DNA of 32,229 nt from Piptocephalis cylindrospora (taxonomy: Eukaryota): assembly GCA_003614145.1 (NCBI GenBank), contig KZ987747.1, positions 1 through 32,229 of the forward strand. The letters run 5' to 3'. The first letter of the stretch is position 1. Every line of letters starts with the position of its first letter. This document shows positions 1 through 11,353 of this stretch, one piece after another. The position numbers were made by a program, and so were the translations under genes. Under the pieces are notes generated by a model. It made no database searches and was not told the origin of the DNA. It saw only the letters and a program-made list of their open reading frames with translations.

Positions 1-339
1 CTGGCATCAAATTGAATCACTATAGGAGGGTTCGGAAGTGTTGAGTCGTGTGTCCTACCATGTTCAAGCCCCCTCCTCCCAACAAGACCTACTTCGCTTG
101 GTGCGCTTCTTGTACATGATGCGATGACCGCACTCACGACACCGAATAGGCTCTCGGGGCTTAATCTCATTGTCGGCACCACAATCTATACTCCAAGGAG
201 GGATTGTGAGCATGGGTGCATCCCTCTATATCGCACAAGTTTACTTACCAGCACACGAGTAGATCATAGGTGGGGCGTTGGCCTTGAGAGCACCGTTGGG
301 GTCTTGAGACCCCTGCATACCCATGGCATCAGTGTTCAT
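1..339 (-). CDS. RPB12: RNA polymerases I/II/III shared subunit RPABC4 (Rpb12); 3 exons, 3' end runs off the window
   Basis: Hand-spliced exons 339-249, 185-93 and 19-1 with GT-AG introns give [68 protein letters not shown]. This has the Rpb12 zinc ribbon (CxxC...[14 protein letters not shown]) and the QF[DE]AR C-terminus. The stop codon lies just outside the window. Confidence 0.96.
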
Positions 340-765
340 TGTGTGAGGATAGGGAAAGAGAAGTGCTTTTAAATGAGAGACACAAAGAAAAAGGAGGAAG
401 AAGTGGGAGTAGTGGACGGGAGTGAATACTGGGGGGCAAAGTGATTATCACATTTTTCTATAATGTCTATTGGACCTTATGTGTCTCTACGGTGAGCGAG
501 TTAATACTGTGCACTAACTTTGTAGGGGGAAGTATGGAATATTCATGTATTATTTGCGCATTTGACAACCTTGCATTGCAATATAGTTAAATGTACATAT
601 TTCCCAATACATTTCGCTGTTTACTGCTAATTAAATGGGCATGCGTTGATTGACGAATCATAATTTCACCCATTCCCACCATCCAGTTCATGACTCAGAA
701 AAGGTGCTTTGTCTTGAGGGACACACCATGGAAGGATAGAGGTGACCAAGAAGAATGAATATATC

Positions 766-2267
766 TCATACACACCCATGATGATATGCCTCATAAACCC
801 CAGCTTCCCGTCCTTCCTTTCGAATCAAAGGTGGCATAGGGACATATGACTCCACATCCATCCTAACCCTCTTATTGCATCCCATGCAAGAGACATCAAA
901 GAGATCTTTATAATGGGAAGTCCAGGACTATGTCAAGGGAGAGAGGTGAGTTGTGATAAAGGGAGGCTGTGATAGTCTATGAAGGAAGACTGACCAAGAG
1001 TTGATCAAGACATCCAGCTGTTCCCTCCGATTGGCTTGCCTCAGCCATACTGGTGGCCATGGAGGTGAGATGGCGGGTGAGATGATATTGCCCACTGCCT
1101 TGGATGACCTGTTCGTAGGTCTGTTGTTGATGAGAGGAAAGATGGTGTGAGGGTCATTTCTATACTGCATCCCATCCTACTCAACTTACAATCATCTCGG
1201 CTGAGCCCACCCAAACTCCCTCGATAGATGCCTCACCCGAGGGAGGTAACCAGAGCGAAATAGCCAGGGTAAGGACATGGCCTAGACGAAGACACAAGCG
1301 CATCAAGTGTCCCTCGGATTCCTCACTTCCTGGTCCCTTGGTAAAGGACCCTACGTCCAATCCATATTTCTCCCCCAATTCATACACATACTCCTCTAGC
1401 CCATCTGGATCCTGCAGGGCGAGAAAGGAGATATTAGTAAGGCATATCCTGGGCAGAAAAAGAATGATATTACCGAGACGTCCAACATGGTGAAATGTCG
1501 CCGCTTTTGTCCTTGACGGCAAGAAGAGTATAAAGGGTCTCCAGGCTCCATGGATCCCATTTGATCCTGTAACAGTCTAGGTTATCATCCGGAAGAAAAA
1601 TGTGAGAAATAATAATAATAGGTGTATCATTTTAACGTTTCTAACTACTTACTGGATAGCGTCCCTTTGTTGCTGATGAACAAGGACAGATGAAGAGGAA
1701 GTAGCGGTCGATCCAGAGGCATCCTCCCTGATAAGATCTTCCTTTTCTATCTCTTCTTCTTTTTCCTCTGACTTGAACAAGGTCTCTTGATCCGGTATGG
1801 GAAGGATAGAGACCTTGGACAGGGTACCTATTCAAGGTGACTCGACTGATGAGATGGGGCAGCTCCCTCTTCCATCATCTGAACCTACCCTGGGCCTTGA
1901 GACAAGATTCACCCAGCTGATCGACCTGGCCGAGAAGGCCTCTTGCCGACAGCATGAATAGTTGAGTCGTCTGATTCGCTGTATGACCCATCCCGCCACG
2001 GAGGTATGAGTGGTTGATGCTGAAAGGGATTCAATTCACCCACCTCTCCGCAGTTTACCCTGATTCCCGACAATAGTCGGGTTGGACAGATCGGTGAAGA
2101 GGACACGGACCCCCATACGGAGTTCCTCCAACTGTGTCAGGGTGGCGGATGATGAGACGTACGTGCCATGTAGGATGGCGCAGTAAGAGCCTTACCTGCT
2201 CCAACAAGCCGTCCACGATGGCAAGTTCTTCCCTAGTTGTTCGTGTAATCGTTGGGATCGAGTTCAT
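766..2267 (-). CDS. MED27: Mediator complex subunit 27 (Med27/Pmc3-like); 8 exons
   Basis: Hand-spliced with 7 GT-AG introns in consistent phase. N-terminus MNSIPTITRTTREELAIVDGLLEQ|LEELRMGVRVLFTDLSN; middle LRLGHVLTLAISL..IEGVWVGSAE; C-terminus SWTSHYKDLFDVSCMGCNKR...PMPPLIR...EAYHHGCV*. This matches the Med27 C-terminal zinc motif (W..Y..LF...C..C....PP..R....[FY]H..C). ATG at 2267, TGA at 766-768. Confidence 0.88.
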
Positions 2268-3100
2268 GCCGGGCTGAGCAGGATGGACTTGAAAGTATTT
2301 GGCAGGCTAAAAGGTGGAGAAGTAAAGAAGAGAAACCAGTCATTGTGATGTTTCCGCCTTCACCCTGGAATTTCCTTAATTTGAATTCACACCCTGTCGT
2401 TCCTAAACGGTTATCCTGTCACGCTTGTAGACAGTAGCCAAGGCCGCCTCCTACTCCGCAAGAGAGCGTGTATCCCCAGGATGCACAGTGAACATGTATA
2501 TATCCCCTTCCGGTCGACCCATCCATTACATTGTATATCTCGACAAAGAATGAATATATATACTCTAATTTATCTAACTGGGTGCATAGCTATTAATTGG
2601 AAAGGCTTGGGCTTCTCATGCATGTAGCTTTATATCGGAGGTATGGCCTAAGATTACTGTTATTGGTAAATGCACAAAATTCATCCGTTCAAATGACTAG
2701 GCATTTAACTAAAGCTTCTGGTAGGTGAGCCATTCAAATTACATAGATACACTCGATCGCTCGAATTTACCTTACTTGACAATAAATACGTGGGAACATT
2801 AGGTAGGTATTTATTCCCCTTGGACATCAAGCCGATTAAAAAAAATTAAACTGAGAGGTATATAAAAATTATGTATCATTGTAAGTCTCCCAAGCCCTTG
2901 CCATCACACTAAAGGAAGACATTGCCCTTCATGAATCACACACCATCAGCTCAATATCCCTTTGAACCTTGAGAATCTAGTGGGGGGCATCCCCGCTCAT
3001 GTTTCGGATCACTGGGGCTGGTATAAAGGGCCAGCGCGTTGTTACTCATAAGTTTGGCGTGTCCTTTTTCACATTCCTTTCCTCTCCAAACACCTTTGTC

Positions 3101-3887
3101 ATGGTAAACCATATCCCTCCCTATGCCCTCTCCCCCTCATTGCATCTCATACTCCTCTCCTGTAGGCTAATAGTAGCGCTAAACGCCAGGCCCAGGCCAA
3201 TGCCTATGCCCTGAGAAACCTTCAGATTGGGCTTCTAGTAGTCAACGTACGTTTCTGAATTAAGAGAGAGACCCTACCATTTATCTCTATCCCACTCATT
3301 CCACTCCAGCTCACTTACATTGTAGTCCGTATTGGGCTGTATAGGCCAACATTCAGCTTCTGGCATCTTTTGGTGTACAGTCTAACCTCTGGCCTCACAG
3401 CTCTTTTTTACCGGATCCTGGCTTCCCCTGGGAATGACCTCTATGGTCCCGGGTTGACCTCGTAAGTGAGCCATGGACTCATTCATTATGTGTCGGTACT
3501 TACTATATACACTTTAGGTACATGTTTGATGTCATTTACGTTACTTGGTTTGTTCATCTGGGAGTGGCCTTGATCAGTGATTCCTTCTGGTGGTTTTACC
3601 TAGCAGTAAGTCCTGGGAAAAGACAAGGAAGAGAGGATGAACGCTCCTCACATCTTGGCGCCAAACTGTATTGCTAGATCCCTGCCTTTGCCACGTACAA
3701 GATAGTTAGTCTAGTGAAATCCGGTGGGATCCCCGGAATGCCCACATCCGCCATGGCTCAGGGCCAGGCTGCTACCCCTGGGGCCGCCCAAGGAGAGGGT
3801 GGAATGAGCAAGACACAGCAGAAAAAGGCTGCTAGAGCCAAGGCCCAAGGGGCTCAAGGACAACGTGTGCGCGCTGGCGGTCGGTGA
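3101..3887 (+). CDS. SND2: SRP-independent ER targeting protein SND2 / TMEM208 family; 5 exons
   Basis: Splices to M|ANSSAKRQAQANAYALRNLQIGLLVVN|LTYIVVRIGLY...ASPGNDLYGPGLTS|YMFDVIYVTWFVHLGVALISDSFWWFYLA|IPAFATYK...MSKTQQKKAAR...GGR*. The motifs DL..PGLT.YMFD.IY.TW, W..YL.IP.FA.YK and SK.Q.K are typical of the family. Confidence 0.93.
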
Positions 3888-4045
3888 GAACCCTGTGATG
3901 GTTAACGAGTCAAGATGCGGATCCATTTCCCTCAATTCTATAGCGTGTTGAAGAAGAGGCATATTGGTATTCTTCAATAGATAAGTATGGTTGGGGTTTT
4001 TTTTATTGCATATTGATCTCCCGCAAAAAGGAGGCGGGAGGCTTT

Positions 4046-5288
4046 TCACCGCTGGAATTGTGCTCTCTAATACCATGGAAAGAGATGGGTAGATTGAGTA
4101 AGCAAATGGGAAGACGGGGGGATTGAGCGTTTCACAGTATATCCTACCAGCGCATTGATTTGTTCTTGCTTATCCAAGGGCAACTGGGCAATGACATCTG
4201 GGGTTAAACTGAGCAATTGGTTAATGATGGCTTGCTGCTCTGGATTCGAATCTACACACAGAATGGGTCAGAAATATAAGAAAACATTCACGCCTTCATC
4301 CTACAGCCCATACCTTGAACAAATGAGGGATTGATGTTTCCGGGAGTCGTGGAAGGATCTGTCGTGAGAGGAGCCATAGGACCTGGGGGGGCTGTGCCTG
4401 CGGTCGGCGGACTGATGACCTGAGGGGGCTGATCTACCAGGCCACTCAATTTCTACATGTCCACCGCCCTGAATTAGTCCAAGATACCATACAACACCCT
4501 TTCTCATTGCTTCTCTTCTTACCTGAGCAATCATAGGGTCCACCACCCCCATCCTTAGGATGGCTTCGAGGGAGGCATACGCCAAAGATGGATTCCCCAT
4601 TAGAAGGTGCCTTGCCTGACTAGGATCCTTCTCGGCTAGGACACGTAGATATCCAAGAATTCCTTTAAGTTCATCGTACCCTAAACCATACACCACCTGT
4701 CGGATGGCATCTGAAGAAGGCCCATTCCCTCCACCCCCTCCCCCAGCTCTTCCGTTAAAATTTCCGCCTCCGGGCGGACCAGAGTGAAAGCTTCCTCCAT
4801 CAGGCCGTGGTCCAGAGTGGGAGAAAGGTCGACCAGACCCATCTGGCCGCCCCTGTTGCGGGGGGGGACGATGGTGATGATGGTGATTATTGTGATGATG
4901 ATGGGAGAATCCTGGGCCATCACTGTCCATCAGGGCCGGGTCGTTGTCCGCGAAATCCACCCGGAGGTCCCGTCCACCCATTTCATATCCTTGCAGGTTT
5001 CGTACGGCCGACGATGCCGTATCCGAGTCCAAGTACTCGATAAAGCCATATCCCTTGGGTTTTCCCGTTTCCCGGTCAAACACTAATCGGATATGCTTAA
5101 CTGGTCCTACCTCCTGAAAGATCTCAGTCAGCTGCTCTTCTGTGACATCGTATGGGATATTACCGACTGATTCGGATGGGAAGGATGAGCGATATATCAT
5201 GTGAGTCGGGATCAGAGGAAGAGTTAGAGATCAGGCAGAAAGAGACCTTACCAAAGACAATGCGTGATGGTGCTCTCCCGGTCGACAT
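4046..5288 (-). CDS. RNA15: Cleavage stimulation factor 64 kDa subunit (CSTF2/Rna15): RRM, hinge and CSTF_C domain; 5 exons
   Basis: [33 protein letters not shown]...[19 protein letters not shown] (RRM). Hinge [19 protein letters not shown]-terminal [36 protein letters not shown] (TGA 4046-4048). Confidence 0.95.
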
Positions 5289-5637
5289 GCTCAGATTGTA
5301 GAGGAAGGAAGAAGGGACGTGGATGATGGATGGTGAAGAGACGAGGGACGGAGACCAGGCATGGAAGATGGATATCTGTGTTGCTGTGTCCAAAGTCAAG
5401 CTATAAGGAGTATTCGGTCCGCGCGTTTTGGCTGCACTCATCCATCACACAACAACTGAGTGTCGCGGTTGATTATGCTTTCAATAATAGTAGTGCTGTA
5501 AAGTGTTTAGCGCACTCGGGTCCGGTCCATTTCTTTCACTGGATAACTAATTAATTAATTGCATTTTAAAATGTTCAACAGGGGCAGACTTAAAAGGATC
5601 AAACCAACTTCCATACGTATATTCTTCATTATCGAAA

Positions 5638-7437
5638 TCAGTGGGGGTGACGCCTCCTCTTTCTCTGTTGCCCATCCCCTCCCCCTCCACGCTTTCCATT
5701 CTGCTGCACTTGCTTCTTCTTTGTCTCTGGCTCAGGAATATCCATCTCATCCACCAATCTACGGCGAAGGGCGCTCTTGACCGGCTCACTTGATCGAATA
5801 TTCTTGACCCAGGGCGTCAACGGCTTCATCTTCCGGAACACTAAAAGAGAATGAAGAATGAGTCATGCAGAGTAAAGGCTTATGGCGGCTTGCGCCAACG
5901 GGCTTACCTTTGATGGTGTTGCGCTGAAGAGCAAATTGGACTCCCTTGGTGCCCTCGGGGCTGGAAGAGGGGGATGTCTTGCTTTGTACTTTGGCATCCA
6001 GTACATTTTTTTGCACTTGGTCATTCTGGTCACCTTCCTTATCACTCTCCTCTTCATCACTCTCTTCAACTTCTTCATCGCTCTCTTCATCCTCTTCATC
6101 ACTCTCTTCATCACTCTCTTCATCCTCGTCGCCCACCTCAAAATCTTCATCCTCGCTCTCATCCTCCTCCTCTTTGACTTCCTCCTCCTTGGCCACTTCA
6201 ATTACTACATCCATAGAGTAAACCAACGTTAAAAATCATCCCATTTCGCCATTTGCCCAGCCATACAAGTTTTAAAAACTTACCAGAGACGGGAGGCATC
6301 AAATTTTCCATGCCGGGGCACACCTTGAGGTAGGCTTTAAAGAGACCATAAACCCGGGTTCTTCTCTTGGTCATAGGGTCGGCACCCAATTGAAAGAGAG
6401 AGGCCTTAATTCCCTGGAGGTCATATGCCACCTTTTCGTCTCCCTCTATCATGGGCCAAAGAGGGGGGGGGGGGGGAAAAGAAAAAAAAAGGAAAAAAAC
6501 CCCCCCTGCCCAAAAATTCCCCAATATACGCCCCAGTGGCCTTGGCAAGGACATGACGAAAGACCGATGATATAACGCGGTCAGCCATGGGCTGCTTGGG
6601 CGTATGTGCCAATAGGGGCAAGAAAGGCTGGAGGAGATGGGTAGTTGGAACCGAGCTCATGTCACCGTCCTCTCCAACAACGCTTTCCAGTTCTCCGAGG
6701 TAGACATCAAGTAAGTGATACCGAATGCTATCAGGGATGGACAGGTCCTCTGGGTTGAGAATGCCCTTGGACAGGATCTCTACATATGTAGAGGTGTACT
6801 CCCCGCGCCACTCAGTGGCCAGGAGAATACGGAAGGCCCCGGACACGTAACGGCGCATTAACAAATAGTACTTATCCAGCCTATGGAAGATGAGAGAAGG
6901 ATCAGTTATCGTCGTTATCCCAAGCGAAATGACACCTCGCCCAATCCACATACCGATACCGATCAATCCCGGACCACTCCCGAGCCATGGTGGTCCAAAA
7001 GGCACCGATAAACTCCAGGGCACTCTCCGTGGGGAACTGGAGAAGCATGGAGGAAAGAGTATCGCACAGCTGCTGCTGCACCAATGGTTTATCCGACATC
7101 CACACACAATAGAAAATACCCTTCCATAACTTGAGTAGCTCCACCTCATCCATTCCACGCTTGGATTTCATCCACCTGGACAACGCCTTGACTGCCTTGT
7201 CCCGCACTTTCTTTTCTGTAGTGTAGGATGTAGGATGAGAAGAGAGAGAGAGAGAGAGGGAAAATGAACACAGCACATACCATTAGAGGCGAGCCGTTTG
7301 GCAAAAGGGGAGCTGGCTGACGAAGGCCTGGGACCGGCCATTTGGTCTGTAACACCATTGGCGGGTCGTACGATTGTCTGATGCTTCTTGAGCCCAAAGG
7401 CATCCGAAAGCTGAGGAACACGGGAGTCGATTTTCAT
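5638..7437 (-). CDS. RRP1: rRNA processing protein Rrp1/Nop52; 6 exons (start may instead be the ATG at 7341)
   Basis: PFAKRLASN|EKKVRDKAVKAL...ELLKLWKGIFYCVWMSDKPLVQQ...FWTTMAREWSGIDRYR|LDKYYLLMRRY are Nop52-domain signatures. They are followed by an acidic tract, KGVQFAL and a basic tail. One intron donor (6533) reads GG rather than GT (see findings). Confidence 0.93.
6035..6190 (-). repeat. Low-complexity ~12-bp coding repeat encoding (EESD)n acidic tract within RRP1
   Basis: Repeated ctcttcatca units on the + strand, translating as DEESDEESDEEDEESDEEVEESDEEESD. Confidence 0.85.
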
Positions 7438-8121
7438 GGCGTGGTTGAAGTGAGACTGGGGAGTGATAAGAATTCCTTTTTCCCCTAAACAGTGATGAAA
7501 AGAGGAGGAGAGAGAATGGGAGGGAGAGGGGAGGAGGATGAAGAAAAAAGAGCAATTTAGCCTCAAGGTCTAGCATAAGCGGGCATGTATCCCCTCTAAC
7601 ATACCAGGAAAACTGCTCCATCTTATCCATGCACCACACACCCTGCAGTTTAACAGCTCGCTTTCCGCCTTTTCGACCTCTAAAGCACCCCTGGCTTTTT
7701 CTTTTTTTTTGTGCTGGAAAATTGGTTGTCTTATACGATAACACTCAGGCGAATACAGGTTGAGGTTTTATTTGGCGAGCACATACTTTTTTTTCGCGCT
7801 TTTTTCCACACTTTCCACCGTCTTTGAAGCTGGGCATGAAAGGAGTAGATGAGTGGGTTTTACACATGCGGCCGCAGAGCTATAGAAGTATGTACGCTAA
7901 AAGCCACATTCTTGAATGATGATGAACACGCAGGAGTCAGAAACGCTTTAGATCGTCATCCCTCGATCAACGCTCGGAACAAACAACTGTATACACTAAT
8001 CAATAAGAGAAACACATAATGTTATCAGGTTCACAAAGCATACGATTCAAACATACTCTACTATTTACTTGTCCAAGAATCGCTTGACATTGTATCAAGT
8101 TCCATGATCTCCTGACCATCG

Positions 8122-9840
8122 TCAAGGTCGCATCTTTCGTCCAGCCTGAACAAATCTCTCCACCCGGCCGGTGTACTCATAGGGCATGAGAGGGGAGCGG
8201 CGCATCATCCCGGAACCAGTTCCGTAGCCCTGGACTGCCCATGCTCGAAGACGGACAGGGTCAAAGGACCCGGTGAGCATGACCCAGCCTAGACCTGGCC
8301 AGGAAATATCCATCGTCCCCATCTTCGGTATTTTCCCCTTGGCCTCAAATTCCTCTACCATTACCAAAGGAGGCAGAGGTATCCTAGCTGATCCGGATGT
8401 CTGGGGGCCAAGACTCAGTATGGTCCGCTCCCCTTGAGCGTGCCGAGCGAGCAGATCATCTGCCTTGGTCTGAGTGGTGATATGGGGGAGGAGGCCGGAA
8501 AAGATGGTCACAAGGATCGTGTGATCTCCCTCTACATGATCCAACCGTGCCATGGCCCCGAGTAGGAGGGAATTCCCAGGCTTGAGATGATACGTCAACG
8601 GTTTCAACTGATTGTGTGGTGTGAGCGCCCGTAACTCTTGGCCAGACAGGAGGTCCGTGACCCGGGGATTCGCCAGTCCAGGCGTGTCAAAGAGGCCCGG
8701 CTGACCCCTGTAATTGGTCGGCCCTCGAGAAGAGGCATTTACCGGCTCATCGGTTTTTGGAGACGCTAAGGTCCGCCCAAATCTCCAGATGGGGACAGAT
8801 AGATGCCCAGCCGTTGTCCCAGGGATCCAGCTCGCTGTGACCTTATGAGCCATCCCACCTACCGAGATACGGAGTAGAGCGTTGACGAGCTCGCTCTTCC
8901 CCACATTTAGACGTCCAGTCAGGTACACATGGTCCTGAGGACCACGTAGGCGCCGAAGATCCGCAGCCAGCTCCCTTACCCCTTGGTTTTTTCGAGCAGA
9001 TACAAGGTGGACGGAAGCGACAGGCGGCATTTCTCCCGCACCCTCTCGCGCCCGGACGACTTCCCAAATGTACCGTCGTAACCGCTGCTCCGAGGCACCC
9101 TTGGGCAGGACATCCTTCTTCGTCAGGACCAAAACTACAGGATTTGTCGAACCCAATACTGAGGTCAAGTTCTCGGGTAGGGAGGCGGGGAAAGAGGGAA
9201 GGTCCGCCACCACCACCACCACGGCATTTCTCCGTTTTCCTAAGATGGCCAAGGATTTGAGAGATGCCGGAGCTACCGAACTGGCGTTCTGCGGTAGGCT
9301 ATTGTGATGGATTAAGGAATGGCAACGCGTGCATATCAATCTTGCTGGTGAGGAGGATGGGGTAGGAGTATCCGTGGATTTGGGAGTGGATGGTGTAGGA
9401 CTAAACTGTTCCCTAAGCTCTTCGGGCAACTGCTCCACCTGGGCTTCGTACCTTTTGATATCTTCCCGGTGGGAAGACTCAGCCCCTCCTTCCTCCTTTT
9501 CTGCAGTCATGGCCGCTCTAGTCGCCAGAACAGAAGGTGGGAGGTATCCAGGGGCCGAGGCCTCCTCATGCTGAAAGGCTGCTCCGCATCCAGGACATTG
9601 CTTGGGGGTTTTTCCGGTTGACTTTGGTGGATCTTTCGGCAAAAAAGGCTCTTGGCTCATTCCTCCCTCTCCCATCAAAACTGTATATGCTCTACGTCCT
9701 TGAAGAAGACAATGATCGAGCTGTATCGGCGTCACTCGAAGACCATGGGCAACGGGGGGAGAGGGGGTGCGGGGATATCGCAGTCCAAGTGGACGGGCCG
9801 AACGTCCCAGTATATTATACCACCGGGAGAAGCGTTGCAT
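8122..9840 (-). CDS. GEP3: Mitochondrial circularly permuted GTPase, YqeH/NOA1/Gep3 (Mtg3) family; intronless, 572 aa
   Basis: Arg-rich presequence. Split zinc finger CPGCG...CTRCHSL. G motifs in permuted order: TKKD (G4), SAR (G5), GRLNVGKS (G1), PGTT (G2), DTPG (G3). C-terminal SLLLGAMARLD and DISWPGLGWV motifs. Confidence 0.92.
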   Translation of the reverse strand: MQRFSRWYNILGRSARPLGLRYPRTPSPPVAHGLRVTPIQLDHCLLQGRRAYTVLMGEGGMSQEPFLPKDPPKSTGKTPKQCPGCGAAFQHEEASAPGYLPPSVLATRAAMTAEKEEGGAESSHREDIKRYEAQVEQLPEELREQFSPTPSTPKSTDTPTPSSSPARLICTRCHSLIHHNSLPQNASSVAPASLKSLAILGKRRNAVVVVVADLPSFPASLPENLTSVLGSTNPVVLVLTKKDVLPKGASEQRLRRYIWEVVRAREGAGEMPPVASVHLVSARKNQGVRELAADLRRLRGPQDHVYLTGRLNVGKSELVNALLRISVGGMAHKVTASWIPGTTAGHLSVPIWRFGRTLASPKTDEPVNASSRGPTNYRGQPGLFDTPGLANPRVTDLLSGQELRALTPHNQLKPLTYHLKPGNSLLLGAMARLDHVEGDHTILVTIFSGLLPHITTQTKADDLLARHAQGERTILSLGPQTSGSARIPLPPLVMVEEFEAKGKIPKMGTMDISWPGLGWVMLTGSFDPVRLRAWAVQGYGTGSGMMRRSPLMPYEYTGRVERFVQAGRKMRP

Positions 9841-10245
9841 CCGTAAATGAGGTATGACGAAAGGATCGAAGGGGGCGATAGAACAGAGTAATAAGGGTGG
9901 AAGAAGAGTGAGGGCACAAGGGCGCTGAAAGTCGGAACCATACAGTCAAAAAGAAAAATATTGAATACCTTACCCACAATAACCCCCCACCGAGTAATAT
10001 TTTTGCGCAAAGGTACATATCGGATTGGCTGATTTCTGATGGATCAAATATATGATAATGACGATGATTGATTCAGCGCGCATATTATTGACATTTGCAT
10101 TCATAAGCGTTATTAAATATCAAAAGTAGACAAGTCGTTCGATTGGTTCATTAAGATGGCTGGGACAACGGAGCCTCAATGGCCCCAGCACCGATTGGCA
10201 TTATCAAGCCGAGCCTTGTCAGTATCCAAATGACACACCCCCCGT

Positions 10246-11166
10246 CTATGCATTATGATCAAAAACTTCGATAAGATCACCAAAGACGATACGTCCATCC
10301 ACCATGTTGCCATCATCAATCTCCGGGGAAGCCTGGACGAGCGAGTAGACCGGTTCCAATGTAGTGGCGTTATGGGCGGGCCTCCCGAGGAACTGGCCTT
10401 TGCCGCCGCCGATGAGCCAGGTAAAGTAGGAGGTGGAGGATTTGTCGATATCCCCAATGAATCGCATCCGTTCGCACGTCCAGATTGAATTAGTGTCCAC
10501 ACTTAATCCCTGCGCATCCACAGTATATTGGGTGACCAGGAGAGGTGAGGGATCGCCCCCAGTCTGAATAGGGACGCGACGAAGGTACTGCTTGGTCGCA
10601 TTGTTCTGGAAGGCCACAGTACCCTCGAGGACGCCTTTTCCGGAACTCACTAGCCATTGTGCCTCCGCGACTCCTTTCTTCTTACCTATCCTCACCTTAT
10701 CATTCTGCACGGTAGCAATACTCCCATCCAGGGCTAACTTAAAGACGATTCCCTTGCCAATAGTGCAGGGGCTCAGATTAATAGTTCCCGAGGGTTGATT
10801 GGAGTATTTATAGTGAACGTTTCCAAAGGCCGATGTCGTATTACTCCCAGAGGCGGGCTGTGAAGGATAGGCCGTCAGGGTGGGGCCAACCACCTCGGTT
10901 GGTGTAGGGTCTGTGGAGATGGTGGGGTCAACCGGCTCTATTGGATCCTGGGTTTGGCTAGGAGCGGGTGTTTGACTCGAGGTAGGAGGGGGGGGAACCC
11001 ATGAGTTACATTGAGGCCACCTGGGATACCCGGGGAGGCAGGCCCATGGATGATGGCCATGTCTCTTAAAGAGTTCCGCGGCCTCATTCACAGGAGAGGG
11101 ACTGGCATGACCCATGCCAGAAATGAGAAGAGTAGCAGCCAGGAGAGAAAGAGGATGTACGTGCAT
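10246..11166 (-). CDS. Secreted protein (306 aa): signal peptide, Kex2 site, His/Trp/Cys mini-domain, Pro/Thr linker and putative beta-trefoil (fascin/AbfB-like) C-terminal domain
   Basis: Intronless ORF with hydrophobic signal MHVHPLSLLAATLLISGMGHA, then ELFKR|HGHHPWAC...C and a PPPPTSSQTPAP linker. The three pseudo-repeats include EAQWLV..G....TVAFQNNATKQYLRR and TVDAQG....NSIWT. The fold call is by-eye inference. Confidence 0.8.
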   Translation of the reverse strand: MHVHPLSLLAATLLISGMGHASPSPVNEAAELFKRHGHHPWACLPGYPRWPQCNSWVPPPPTSSQTPAPSQTQDPIEPVDPTISTDPTPTEVVGPTLTAYPSQPASGSNTTSAFGNVHYKYSNQPSGTINLSPCTIGKGIVFKLALDGSIATVQNDKVRIGKKKGVAEAQWLVSSGKGVLEGTVAFQNNATKQYLRRVPIQTGGDPSPLLVTQYTVDAQGLSVDTNSIWTCERMRFIGDIDKSSTSYFTWLIGGGKGQFLGRPAHNATTLEPVYSLVQASPEIDDGNMVDGRIVFGDLIEVFDHNA

Positions 11167-11345
11167 TTTGGAGGTAGAAGGATGGGAGGGGGGAAGTGGC
11201 TGAGTAATGACTGATTAGGATAGACAGGTCGGGGAGGGGAAGGTGGTCACGTACGCGAGGAGCAGTGGGTGGTTACAAGAGATTGGGAGGGTAAGGGGTA
11301 GGGGGGCAACAGGGAGAATGGTTTAAAGGACTGGTAGAATTGCAC

Positions 11346-11353
11346 TTTATATA
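11346..11353 (-). promoter_or_regulatory. TATA box (TATATAAA) of the 11166 secreted-protein gene
   Basis: Consensus TATA on the coding strand, 180 nt upstream of the ATG and followed by a CT-rich leader. Confidence 0.55.

Noticed and set aside
900..2300. Fragmented minus-strand ORFs that could be mistaken for a decayed retroelement or pseudogene
   Set aside because: They splice cleanly with GT-AG introns into an intact MED27.
5863..6232. Several overlapping ORFs (poly-Ser, hydrophobic or KR-rich) over the RRP1 acidic tract
   Set aside because: They are frame shadows of the (EESD)n repeat.
1..7437. Apparent functional cluster of gene-expression genes (RPB12, MED27, RNA15, RRP1)
   Set aside because: Such genes are common in compact fungal genomes, and I saw no shared motif, so chance adjacency is sufficient.
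8122..9840. Intronless GEP3 as a possible retrocopy or bacterial transfer
   Set aside because: It has a mitochondrial presequence and eukaryote-type inserts, with no poly-A remnant or target-site duplication.
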